This document shows positions 47,020 to 58,539 of a stretch of DNA of 64,000 nucleotides, piece after piece. The notes under the pieces are model-generated. The model was given only the letters and a program-made list of their open reading frames with translations, was not told the origin of the DNA and did not search any database. The translations under genes were made by a program, and so were the position numbers. Each line of letters starts with the position of its first letter. Positions within the stretch are counted from its first letter, which is position 1. Source of the stretch: Piromyces finnis finn (taxonomy: Eukaryota; Fungi; Neocallimastigomycota); contig MCFH01000058.1 of the NCBI GenBank assembly GCA_002104945.1, positions 62,001-126,000 of the forward strand. The letters run 5' to 3'.

Positions 47020-50000
47020 TTGAACTCTTACGAAGACTTTATCGAAGCAATGAAGGCTCGCTACAAAACTTGCAACAGTGCCGATGTAGCCAATAGTCGA
47101 CTTGCAAAATTGAAGTCAAGTCAATTCAAGAACGTCATGGACTACTGCGAAGAATTTGAAAAGATGGCTAGAGACTCGTCTTTTAACGATGAAGCGAAAA
47201 TCCATTTCTTTATGGAAGGTTTACCAACTTCAGTCAAGGAAAAAGCTAAGCTCCTTTACCCAAGAATTAGGAAGTTAACTGAGTTAATTAATGTCGTTGC
47301 TGCCAATATAGAATTAGAATGGAAAGTCTTTGGAAAAGATCCTATGGATGTCGACGGAAAGAAGAACCGAAGATATAACAGAGACTTAGGATCAAGGTAC
47401 CTCTCTTATGGTGTAAAATATAGAAATTATATAGACCAAGAAAGCCCCACTACCTCAGTTAAACCAAGAAAATGTTTCTTCTGCAAAAGGACTGGACATG
47501 TTAAAAAGGATTGTCCTCAACTTAAGGATAAGGTTATAAATAGACCAAAAGCATTCATGGCTACTACCGCTGGAAGAAGAATGTTAAATGTTTACGATAT
47601 TCTGTTACAAGTTAATAATGGTGTTTATCTTAAGGCTCTTGTGGATTCTGGTTCGGACTTGGACTTTTTGGATTGGAAGGCCGTTGATAAGTACAAGATT
47701 CCATTCCAAAGAATGTTTAAGGATAAATATGTTGAAGGTATAGGTGGTAATGGATTCTTGAAGTATGAAACAATTCCTTTGATCATGAATATCAAGAATC
47801 ATAAGGAATCCATTCAATTCTACCTTACCGATCTTCCTTCTGGTATTTCTGTTATTTTGGGTAAGAATTGGTTAAGAAAACATGATCCTACAATTAGCTT
47901 CAAGGATCAAACTCTAGAATTTAAGTCCAAATTCTGTTCTTTAAATTGCTGTGCTACTCCAGAAGAAATGGAAAAAAGAAGCAAAGAAGAAGAATTGTCC
48001 AAGGAAGAAGAAAGAAGAAAAGAGAAGGAACTAGTACAGGAAATACTCAATAATTATAAAAATAGTTTAAAAATTAGAGATAGTGAAATTAAGAACAAAG
48101 AAAATATAAAAATTATAGATAAAATTAAAAATACATGTATTAAAAAGAAATGTAGTAAAAACTTAAAATTAAATAAAAAGAATGTTCAAAAGTATATTGT
48201 ATGTAGTGTTATTTCAAATGAAGGAAATAAAGGTGAAGATGTTGAAGAAAGTGTTGTAGAAATTCCTGATGTATATAAGGAATTTGAAAGTGTATTTGAT
48301 GAAGTTGAGTGTAATGAACTACCTCCACATCGAATATACGATTGTAAAATAAGATTGAAAGATAAAGATAACTTATTTTATGGTCCGTTATACCCTTTGA
48401 CAGAAGAAGAAAGGAATACGTTAAAGGAGTATATTTCTGAAAATTTAGAAAAAGGATTTATTAGACCGTCTACTTCACCTGCTGGAGCACCTGTATTGTT
48501 CGTTAGGAAAAAGGATGGGACTTTAAGATTGTGTGTTGACTACCGAAGACTCAATGAAAACATAATCAGAGATTCATATCCGTTGCCTCTCATATCAGAA
48601 TTATTCGATAGATTAAGGGAAGCAAAAGTATTTACTAAACTTGATCTCAAGTCTGCTTATAATCTAGTTCGAATAAATGAGGGTGATGAATATAAAACTG
48701 CATTTAGGACAAGATTTGGTCACTTTGAATATCTTGTCATGCCGTTTGGGTTGAAAAACGCTCCTGCAACTTTCCAACATTTTATCAATGATGTTCTCGG
48801 GGAATACTTGGATGAATTCGCTTTTTCTTATATTGATGATATTCTTATCTATTCGAAAAACTTAGAAGAACATCGAAAGCACATAAAGAAAGTTCTTCAA
48901 AGATTAAAAGAAAATGGTTTATATGCAAAACTTAGTAAATGCGAATTTGAAACTTCAGAAACTACTTTCTTAGGGCATGTTATCTCAGATAAAGGAATCT
49001 CTATGGATCCAAAGAAGGTTAAAGCTATTATGGAATGGCCTGTACCAACATCTGTTAAAGAAGTGCAATCATTTATCGGATTATGTAATTATTATAGAAG
49101 ATTTATTCCAAACTTTGCTGGTATTGCTAAACCGTTACATAATCTAACAAAGAAAGATGTTAAATTTCATTGGTCAGAAGAATGTAATGAAGCTTTTTGT
49201 ACTTTAAAGAAATTCTTTACCGAAGAACCAATTTTAATTCATGCTGATCCTGAATTACCTTTTGTGGTTGAGACAGACGCAAGTAATTTTGCAATTGGTG
49301 CTGTATTGTCTCGAAGGTTACCGAATAATAATGAACTTCATCCAATTTGTTATTATTCAAGGGGATTGACTAAATCGGAAAAGAATTATCCTATTTATGA
49401 TAAGGAACTTTTGGCTGTTATTGAAGCTTTGAAACAATGGAGACACTACTTAGAAGGAGCCAAGCATCAATTTATGATCTATACGGATCATAAAAATCTT
49501 ACCTTTCCTAGGAAGCCTGAACTATTGTCGCAAAGACAAATTCGCTGGAATTTGTTTTTGACCCGTTATGATTTCAAAATACAATATAGACCGGGTAAAG
49601 AAGGTGGAAAACCTGATGCTTTTTCAAGACGTCCTGATTATGAAGAAGATAAAAGTAACAAAGAAGACGAAGAAGCCTATTCTTGCTTGACAGTTAAAGA
49701 AATCGAAGATACTTTATGTCTTGTGTCTATTCAAGGGAATCTCAAAGAAGATTTAATTAAAGATATTAAAGAAGACGAAGAAATTAAGGAGTTAATAAAT
49801 ATTCTACAAGGAAAATCTACCGCAAGTAAGAAGTATAAGAAGTTAATGAAGAATTTTAAGTTAAGCGAAGAAGGAATTCTTTTGTATAAAAGTTTAATTT
49901 ATGCACCAAAGAAAATGAGAGATATAATAATCTCAATGCATCATGACAATCCAATTCATGGTCATTTTGGTATTATTAAAACAAAAGAATTAATTACAAG

Positions 50001-51195
50001 AAACTTTGTTTGGATAAACATGACTCAAGATATAGTTAAGTTTATTGCTTCTTGTAAAGTTTGTGGAGCTGCTAAGGTTGATCGTCATAGACCTTATGGA
50101 CTTTTACAGCCGCTACCAACTCCTGAAAGACCGTGGTCTTCTGTTTCTATGGATTTTATAACTGATTTGCCAAAGTCAAAGGAAAAAACAGTTATAATGG
50201 TTGTTGTGGATAGATTAACGAAGATGGCTCATTTTATTCCGTTTAGAATGATTCCGACTGCTCAAATTGCCGCTGATGTTTTCTTTAGAGAAGTTTTTCG
50301 TTTACATGGCCTACCTGATGAAATAATATCGGATCGAGGAACCCAATTTACTTCTGAATTTTGGCAAAGATTATGCACTTTGTTGAACATTAAGCACAAT
50401 ATTTCGAGTGCTCACCATCCTCAAACAGACGGGCAGACTGAACGTGTAAATAGTATATTAGAACAATTTCTTAGATGTTACATTAACAAAAGAAATAATA
50501 ACTGGATGAATCTTCTGCCTTATGCCGAATTTGCGTATAATAATACACTTCAGCAATCTATAAATCAAACTCCATTCTTTGCAAATTATGGGCAAAATCC
50601 AAGATTTAATATCGATATTCCTGCTGATAGTGACAACAGAAGAGCTAACAGGCACGCCTCTCAGATGCAAGATAATATTAAATTTTTAAAGAAGAACTTA
50701 GAAAAAGCCAAGGAAAGATATAAGAAATACGCCGATTGTATTAGACTTATTGGACCTAAGTTAAAGGTTGGTGACTTAGTTTGGTTAAAGCGTCCTGATT
50801 TACTTCCGAAAGGGCCTCCAAAATTAACAAATAAGAAACTTGGACCATTTAAGATCATTGAAAAAACAGGACCTGTTTCTTATAAATTGGAACTACCAGA
50901 AAGTCTAAGATGTCATCCCGTTTTTCACATTTCGAATTTAGAACCTTTTGTTGAAAGAGAAGTTGAAGTGAATGAATCAACTTCTAGAATTCCAAACATT
51001 GCTACTGATTCTACTGAAGGAAGAATTCCATTGAAGATTGTTAGTGAAAAAGTTGTTAATGGAACTAAGTACTACTTTGTGGTTTGGAAAAGTTTATTAC
51101 CTTCTGAAAGTACATGGCTTAGAGAAGATGAAATCGAAGACCCTCAAATGATCCAGGAATACCTTAAACATAAGTCGCTCAGGGGCTCGACTTAA
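47020..51195 (+). CDS. gag-pol: F gag(C-part)-PR-RT-RH-IN-chromodomain, open
   Basis: CFFCKRTGHVKKDC, LVDSGS, YIDD, ETDAS, HHCC/DDE, YYFVVWK..STW. Confidence 0.92.
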   Translation: MNSYEDFIEAMKARYKTCNSADVANSRLAKLKSSQFKNVMDYCEEFEKMARDSSFNDEAKIHFFMEGLPTSVKEKAKLLYPRIRKLTELINVVAANIELEWKVFGKDPMDVDGKKNRRYNRDLGSRYLSYGVKYRNYIDQESPTTSVKPRKCFFCKRTGHVKKDCPQLKDKVINRPKAFMATTAGRRMLNVYDILLQVNNGVYLKALVDSGSDLDFLDWKAVDKYKIPFQRMFKDKYVEGIGGNGFLKYETIPLIMNIKNHKESIQFYLTDLPSGISVILGKNWLRKHDPTISFKDQTLEFKSKFCSLNCCATPEEMEKRSKEEELSKEEERRKEKELVQEILNNYKNSLKIRDSEIKNKENIKIIDKIKNTCIKKKCSKNLKLNKKNVQKYIVCSVISNEGNKGEDVEESVVEIPDVYKEFESVFDEVECNELPPHRIYDCKIRLKDKDNLFYGPLYPLTEEERNTLKEYISENLEKGFIRPSTSPAGAPVLFVRKKDGTLRLCVDYRRLNENIIRDSYPLPLISELFDRLREAKVFTKLDLKSAYNLVRINEGDEYKTAFRTRFGHFEYLVMPFGLKNAPATFQHFINDVLGEYLDEFAFSYIDDILIYSKNLEEHRKHIKKVLQRLKENGLYAKLSKCEFETSETTFLGHVISDKGISMDPKKVKAIMEWPVPTSVKEVQSFIGLCNYYRRFIPNFAGIAKPLHNLTKKDVKFHWSEECNEAFCTLKKFFTEEPILIHADPELPFVVETDASNFAIGAVLSRRLPNNNELHPICYYSRGLTKSEKNYPIYDKELLAVIEALKQWRHYLEGAKHQFMIYTDHKNLTFPRKPELLSQRQIRWNLFLTRYDFKIQYRPGKEGGKPDAFSRRPDYEEDKSNKEDEEAYSCLTVKEIEDTLCLVSIQGNLKEDLIKDIKEDEEIKELINILQGKSTASKKYKKLMKNFKLSEEGILLYKSLIYAPKKMRDIIISMHHDNPIHGHFGIIKTKELITRNFVWINMTQDIVKFIASCKVCGAAKVDRHRPYGLLQPLPTPERPWSSVSMDFITDLPKSKEKTVIMVVVDRLTKMAHFIPFRMIPTAQIAADVFFREVFRLHGLPDEIISDRGTQFTSEFWQRLCTLLNIKHNISSAHHPQTDGQTERVNSILEQFLRCYINKRNNNWMNLLPYAEFAYNNTLQQSINQTPFFANYGQNPRFNIDIPADSDNRRANRHASQMQDNIKFLKKNLEKAKERYKKYADCIRLIGPKLKVGDLVWLKRPDLLPKGPPKLTNKKLGPFKIIEKTGPVSYKLELPESLRCHPVFHISNLEPFVEREVEVNESTSRIPNIATDSTEGRIPLKIVSEKVVNGTKYYFVVWKSLLPSESTWLREDEIEDPQMIQEYLKHKSLRGST

Positions 51196-51997
51196 GAAGA
51201 GGGGCATGTAAAATATTGTATTAATAGAATAATGTATTTAATACGTATTTAAAATAATGTATAATGTATTAAATTAATGTACCGTAAATTTTATTTTTTA
51301 ATTACAAAAATTTATATCACAATACATTAACATAAATTTATGTAAAATATAATTTTATGATAAGATAAAGTTTTTGATGATAAAATAAAATTTTAAATTA
51401 AATAAATTTTAACCAATAAATATTTTAGATAATAAAAAATTTTTTTTATAAACTAAGCCTCAAAATTAGAAATAAATAAATTGAATATATGTTTGAAATA
51501 TAATCAACCATATAGTAAATAAATCAAAACTTTATTTTAAGTTTAGAAAATTCTTTAGTAAATAAATTGAATTTAAATAGTTTAATAAAAATAATTTCTT
51601 TTAATAAATGTATAAATGTAAACAATGTAAAATTATAATATTAAAACATGTATATTAGAATTTATTCAATTTATTTAAAAAGTATAAATAAAGAAAATTT
51701 TTCAACTATTGAAACGATAGTTGGAAAATCGTATAGGTTAATTTTGTTTAGATAAATTAACATTAGTTTATAATTAGTTTATAGTTTAGATTAATAATTT
51801 TAGTTTTAAATAAATATAAATTGATTACCTAGTGAGGGCTCTGGTAAAATATCCTTCACGGTAAAGTAATCAACGGTTGTTTAGTTAGTATAGTTTTAAA
51901 AATAAATAAATAAATAAATAAAAATTATTATTAAAAATAATTAGTTTAATTGTTAGTTTAGTGTTGTATACAAACCTGAACTTTAGAATATTTTACA

Positions 51998-52800
51998 GAA
52001 ATTAATAAATATAAAATTATTATTAAACCTGATTTTTAAGTTAACCCTAAAAGTAACTTAAAACAAGTTATAGTTTAATTAAGTACTTTACCAAAATTCT
52101 TAAATAAAATTAATCCTAAACACTGCATATATTTTGATCATTGAAAGAAAATAATAAATTTTAATTAATCGAGATCAAAATATATAACTTTTGTTAAATT
52201 AATTGTTAAATTAAATATTTAATAACTTCATTAGTAAATTACACTTTAAAAGTAAACAAATATAATAATTCATGTTATAAAATAATATAATTAAACACCT
52301 TTATTAAAACATTAATAATAATTATTACTTTAATTAATTGTAAAATAAACAACTTTTTATATTCTTTAACTTTTAATTATTTCTTTTATTGTTATTTCTA
52401 ATTACTTTTATTATTTTTATTGTAAATAGTTATTAATTTTATTGCTTTAATGTAAATAGTTTAAATTTAAAAGAAAATATAAATACATGTAAATATTCTT
52501 ATTTTAATCATTATTATTATTATTATTAATAAAGAAATATTATATAGTTAGATTAATATTTTATAATTTTAATAATCACTTTTATACTTAAATAAATAAA
52601 ATTTTAAATATTTAAATATTAGAAAAACAAGTGTTTCTAATAAAACAATTTAGTGTTTTAACAAAACAATTTTATTAATTTTTATAAAAACGATTTTAAA
52701 TCTTAATCAATATAACTTATATAGTTATAACAAAAGATATAATATAATAATCACTTTTTGAAGTAAAATTCAAAATTAAGATTATTATCAAATTATATCA
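51998..52800 (+). repeat. B-family LTR lacking its first 11 bp (displaced by F)
   Basis: Starts GAAATTAAT (B LTR position 12) and ends TATATCA. Confidence 0.88.
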
Positions 52801-52805
52801 TTTTT

Positions 52806-53309
52806 TGATACGAAGAAGATATTATCTTAATTCTATAAAGGAATATAGAAAGTGATAATATTTGTATCTAAAAAAAAAATAAAAAAAATAAAATAAAATA
52901 AATGATTTTTATACTTGTTCATTTGCAAGTCTTTGTTAGTTTAAAATATAAAATTATTTTATTTAATTATAAAGTTTTAATATTTAATAACTCTTGTATT
53001 ATTAAATATATATATGTTATGGTTTAATACATCTTGAATGTATGTAAATATAATCACAACTATTATTTTAATAAAATTTAATATTATTATCTAATTTTAC
53101 TGGATTATTAGGAACATCTTTTAAAATAAAATAATTCTATCACTATTTATACAAAATTATTATTTTAAAGTATAATTATAAACAAATATAAACTATTTAA
53201 TTTAAAAATAAATAAACAATAAAATAGACAAAAAGTTTACATTTATAGTTTTTAATTTAATAATTTTATACATGTTAATTATTTTAATTTTCAACTATCT
53301 GTGTTTTAA

Positions 53310-53343
<34 letters not shown>

Positions 53344-53375
53344 AATTCATAATTTATAAATTTAATTATTTATCA
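52806..53375 (+). repeat. L-family solo LTR L3, TSD TTTT
   Basis: TGATACGAAG...TTTATCA. Confidence 0.85.
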
Positions 53376-53378
53376 TTT

Positions 53379-54643
53379 TGTCACAATAACATATATAAAA
53401 ATTTAAAAAATTTGGACAAATGGAAAAAATTGTCAAAATCACAATTCATGAAATTTGACATTTCATGAAATTTCATAATTTTGAATTATTAGTTAAATTA
53501 ATTAAAATATTAATTTAATAATATTTTACTAATAATAGTTTATTTAATATAAATATTAATTGGAAAGCTATTTATTATCCGGAGATAAATAGTGTAACAA
53601 TTAATTAATATTAAACAAACCAATTAGTAAAATAAGATTCATTTAAATAATTATTAATATTATTTTTAACAACTTATTAATATCGATATTTAAAGAAAAT
53701 TATATTATTATTATTATTATATTTTATTAATATTTATATTTATATTATTATACATGTATAACTTAAATTATATTATTATTATACTTTATTAATATCAACA
53801 TTATATTAAAAATGAAAGTATAAATAAGTTGAACAAAGAACAACTTTAAGAAGTTCTTTGTGAGATTATTATACTCATTTTTATATAGTAAATTCAATAT
53901 TTAAAATTAATAATTATCATTTACTTATATTATAAAAATTAAATAAAATATTTCTTAAAAAACTATATTTATTACTCTTTTATTTATAAAAATTTATTAT
54001 TTACTATATAATTAAGCCTATCCTAACCTAGTAGACTTAATTATAGTTCTAAATCCACTCTAACTCTTGACAAAAATTAAAAATTTTTTTAAAATTTGAA
54101 AATTTGAAAATTTGAAAAAATTTATTTTTTAAATTTTTATTAAAAAATTTCAAAGTATAAAATTTCTAATATTTGAAATTATTAAATTTTTTAAAATTAT
54201 TAAAATTTTATTATTAAAAATTTTATTTTAAATTTATTAACTATTTACAATAATTATATTAATTATTAATTTATAAAAATTAAATATTTTATAATTAGAT
54301 AATAATTAATTAAAATTAAAAAATGTAATAATTAAAATTGTTCATGTATAAAAAGAACAAAAATTGACAAAAATTACGAAGCTTTAGCGTTAGTAATTTT
54401 TTTTAACTTAAAGTTAATAAAATTTATAAACTCCTATAAAACCTAAAACTTTAAAAATTTTAATATTTTTAATAACTTAATATATGCTGATATTAAGTTT
54501 TTGCTAAAATAAAAATATTATTTAATTTTCTTTATAAATATTATTAGCTTTACGCCTTCAATAGGAAAGCGTATTATATTTGTTAATTAATATAACTAGT
54601 GTGCTTACCACACTTTTCTTTAATAAAAAATCGCTTTTTGACA
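53379..54643 (+). repeat. P-family solo LTR P2, split by N2
   Basis: TGTCACA...TTTGACA; homologous to P1. Confidence 0.82.
53431..54072 (-). repeat. N-family solo LTR N2, TSD AAAAT
   Basis: Reverse complement of N1; AAAAT on both sides. Confidence 0.85.
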
Positions 54644-55188
54644 CTTTTGTAAGAAATATTTGTGGCCATAAGTTTGCCCACAAATATTTCAATTGAAACC
54701 ATATATTCTGGTCACCATTTATTGGCCAGATATATGTATAACCATATATTAATGGTTATTAATTAAATAGGAAGTTTATTTGCTTTACCCAATCAAGTGG
54801 TAAAGAAAATAAACTAATATAGTTAAATAGTATAGTTAAAACTAACGTTAAATACTTTAGCGTTAGTATTAAAGTAAATTAGTAACTATAATAATAATTA
54901 ATGTATTATAATTATACTAAATAAATAAAATATATAATTAAAATAATTATTTAAGTAAATTTATTTCATAATAATATTTATATATACTTGTATTTATTCT
55001 TGTGTTATAATATTTATTTTCTTTCTTTTATTATTTTTTATAAAACTTTATTTAGCTATTAACTCGTATAGAGAGGTAATAACTAACTTAATTGACTAAT
55101 TAATAACTTATTAATTAATAATATAATAAACCTTTTACAATACTAACGCTTTATAGTTAGTTCTTACGTTAACTTAGTTTTAGTTAGG

Positions 55189-55805
55189 TGTAAAGATATC
55201 AAACACCTCAGCTTGATATCTTTAATGTAACTTAAGCCACAAGTATTATTGTTTAAGTTACCCAAATTATATTACAGAAAAAGAAAATGAGACATAATTT
55301 ATTTATTAATAATTAAAGCTTAAAACAAAATAAATTATTAATTTATTTTTAATGTTTAACAAGTAAATTAAAATTCTCAATTTAAATCCCTAGTTTTAGT
55401 ATTGTTTTTTCATAGAAATAGATAACTAATATATAAATAATAAATGATTAATATATCAATAATACATGGGCACATATTCAAATTGAATGGTACTTAATTT
55501 GAATTGCCAATTGTATTTTACTAAAAATAGTTATAGTTTAAATATTTATTAATAATTAAGATTTTAGTGTAGATTTTAAATAATAATATATAAGAAATAA
55601 ATAGTTATAATATAATATAAATGTATTTAGGAAAAATATAAATAGAAGATATTTTTCATATTTTTATCGATGTAATTGTTATTAACAATTTTATTACAAT
55701 AAATTAATAAAAAATAAACTATTCTTTATAAAACATATTTATTTTGTGTTGTTATTGTAATAGGTTAGATATCCTAATCTATTCGGTTTAGTGTCTGATT
55801 TTACA
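55189..55805 (+). repeat. C-family solo LTR, TSD TTAGG
   Basis: Homologous to 16592-17197. Confidence 0.92.
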
Positions 55806-55867
55806 TTAGGTTAGTTTTATTAAAAGTTCTTAAAAAACCTATTTTATTTTATTTTATTTAAACTATA

Positions 55868-56621
55868 TGTAAAATATTAATCTTAAAACAGATTATATAT
55901 TTAACAATAAAACAATTAAACACACGATAAAATAAAAATAGGAGTTTCTTTTTTTTTTTTTAAAAAATTATCTTCTTTATTAATGGTTAGAAATAAAATA
56001 ACAATTACATCGATTTAATAAACAAAAATTACATGTATTTATATTTTTTCATAATTATATTCTAATATATTATTCTATTTAAATAAACATATATTTAATA
56101 TAAAATAAACAAAACTAATTTAATTAAATAATAAAATAACAGAACTAAACTAAACTAATTCATTATACTTTTAATTCAATTTGAGTAAACTCAAAATTGA
56201 ATAAAGCCCATGTATTTTCTATAAATTAATTTAATATTATCAATACTATTCTTAATATATTTCCTATTGAAATATAAATAAATCTATTTTTAAAACTAAG
56301 TTAAAATTATTAAACTATTCTAAATTTAAATAAAAAAGTATAATCTATTCTAAAATTATATAAAAAGTATTTAAAAAATATTTTAATTATTTAAAATATT
56401 TGAAATATTTAAATTTAATTAAAAATCTTTTATTCCTTAAACTTAAATATTTATCTTAATTTAAATTTAACGGAATTATTATAAAATAATTTATTATTAA
56501 ATTATTATTCCATAAAATTTATTCAAAAATTTTATAATCAGTTTTACTAAATATTAATTTATTATTTAATAATTAATAATTAATTATTAAATAATCTAAA
56601 GATATATCTTATATCTTTACA
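55868..56621 (-). repeat. Diverged C-like solo LTR (754 bp), TSD CTATA
   Basis: Retains AATAACAATTACATCGA, GCCCATGTATT and the terminal TAAAGATAT/ATATCTTTA stem. Confidence 0.78.
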
Positions 56622-56823
56622 CTATAGTTTAATAATAATCATTTACGATATTTTATATAATAATCAAATATTATATTTAAAAGAAGTAAATTTATTATTA
56701 AAAATAATTATTTTATAGTAGTTTAGTAAAAGTTAATTATTTTTAAATTTTAAAATTCACCATAATAATATTTTATATAATAAATTCTTTAATTCATTAA
56801 AAGAATTTATTTTAGAGTTAGAA

Positions 56824-57209
56824 ATGAAAAACCCAGGTAAGTCTCCTAACCCTCGAGGTTCCATAAATTGGACACAAAAACATCATTCGTAAGGGACGGG
56901 ACTCGTCCTGTCGCGGCGAGCGCGGATGGCATGGATGGTGTAGAGGGAATGTCACAGGTTCAACAGGGGGATTCTATGCCCGCCCCTGTTGATCCTTCTT
57001 TCTTTTTACTAATAATAGTGAGGTAAACCCAATGCAGCACATTGAAGTTCTTCCTAATAGATGAGTTTCTGAAATATCTAGCCAGTTTGCTAGTATGGGA
57101 AACTGTCTGGGTGCTATGGAAGAACAACTTCGGGGTATTGAGGTTTACAAGAGCGAGATAAACGATGCTCTTCAGCAAAAATTGTTGAAGTGGATCAAAG
57201 GTTGGAAGC
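56824..57209 (+). pseudogene. gag: E2 gag 5' fragment (continues 63723-64000)
   Basis: Collinear with E1 gag, with a TGG>TGA change and small deletions. Confidence 0.88.
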
Positions 57210-57647
57210 TGTAATGAATACTAGAAATAACTAAATTGTCTTAGTGGTTAGTAGCTAAGACTTTGAGTCTGAATGACACTAGTTCGAGACCTCATAGATA
57301 CTATTTTAAAAAAATTATAATTTTATTTTATTTTATTTTATTTTTAAATTTTATTTTATATGAAGATTATTGATTGGTTAAGAATTTTAAGTTGAAAAAA
57401 TTTTATAAATTAATTTAAAAAATTTTTAGTATAAATACGAGTGAATTTTCCCAAATATTTTAAAGAATCGAGATTTTATTAATAAATAATTATATTATTA
57501 AACACTAACTTATTAAGTTAAATTCTATGTGTTTTTAATGATATTTTTATAAATTAATAATTTACAGAATATTTTAAAGTGTTAATATTACTAAGTTATT
57601 TAGTAAATATTATAATTTGTTTTATTGTTAAAGACACATTTCTTTAC

Positions 57648-57658
57648 AATAAAATCTC
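57648..57658 (+). promoter_or_regulatory. G self-priming PBS
   Basis: AATAAAATCTC is an 11/11 complement of GAGATTTTATT (57470-80), which lies 40 nt after TATAAATA. Confidence 0.8.
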
Positions 57659-58539
57659 CTTATAATATAAAAGCTTAATACCTTAGTGTTTAAGAAATTG
57701 TTATAGATAAAACTTTTAAGTTTTATTGTTGAAGCTTTTCTTTAAAGAAATATTTTTACTTAAAGTAGTAGAATTAGTACGCTTTAGAAGCGGTATATAA
57801 TTCAAACTATAAAAAGTAAAAGATTAACGGGATCGAGTTTAACCTGTACAATAATTGGGTTGGCAGGCTCTGAGCTATTCTACTTTGAATAAGGAAGTAG
57901 GAGAATCCGAGGTACACCACGTACAAGACGCTGTAATAAGCAAGCTGGCGTGAGATTTATAGTTGTATACTATCTTTTGCTGTTTGATTATAGACCGGAA
58001 AATAGCCGGAAATGCCTTACTTTAATAAAATAATATTTCTTAATTAATACATTTTAAAATTAAGTTTTCTAATAAAACAATTTCTAATTTTTAATTATAA
58101 TTATTAATTGTTAAGACAATTTATTAAAATTGTAATAATATATAATAATATTCTTTATAACTCCTTTAGCGTGAGAAGTTAAACTCTTATACATAATACT
58201 TCCACGTTCGGATAAGGTTGATATAGGGAAAGAAAACCTGTAATAATTTTTATTGCTAACAATAAGTTAGACACTAAAAAAAATTTTTACACCGTTCCTT
58301 TCTTTTATTAATTTAATTAATATTAACAATCGACTTTATACGTGTTATCGTGAAGAGCTACGAAGGACTTATTATAAAGAATAAAACAGGTTATATATTT
58401 GATGGTTTAACACTATATAATCTGGTTTATATTATTATTTAATAAAAAGATTTACTCAATTAATAAATATAATTAAATACTTTATTCTATTATTTTTACA
58501 AATTTATTAAAGCTTATTAAAGAAAACATCATAAGTACT

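Larger units (their letters stand above)
45579..51997 (+). mobile_element. Element F: chromovirus-type Ty3/Gypsy
   Basis: 5' LTR remnant 45579-46329 and 3' LTR 51207-51997 with 11-bp TIR TGTAAAATATT; PPT AAGAAGAGGGG at ~51194-51204. Confidence 0.93.

Noticed and set aside
40867-52800. B2 and the 52-kb B LTR as one element
   Set aside because: The flanks differ (ATGT vs TTTT) and the two LTRs differ at many sites.
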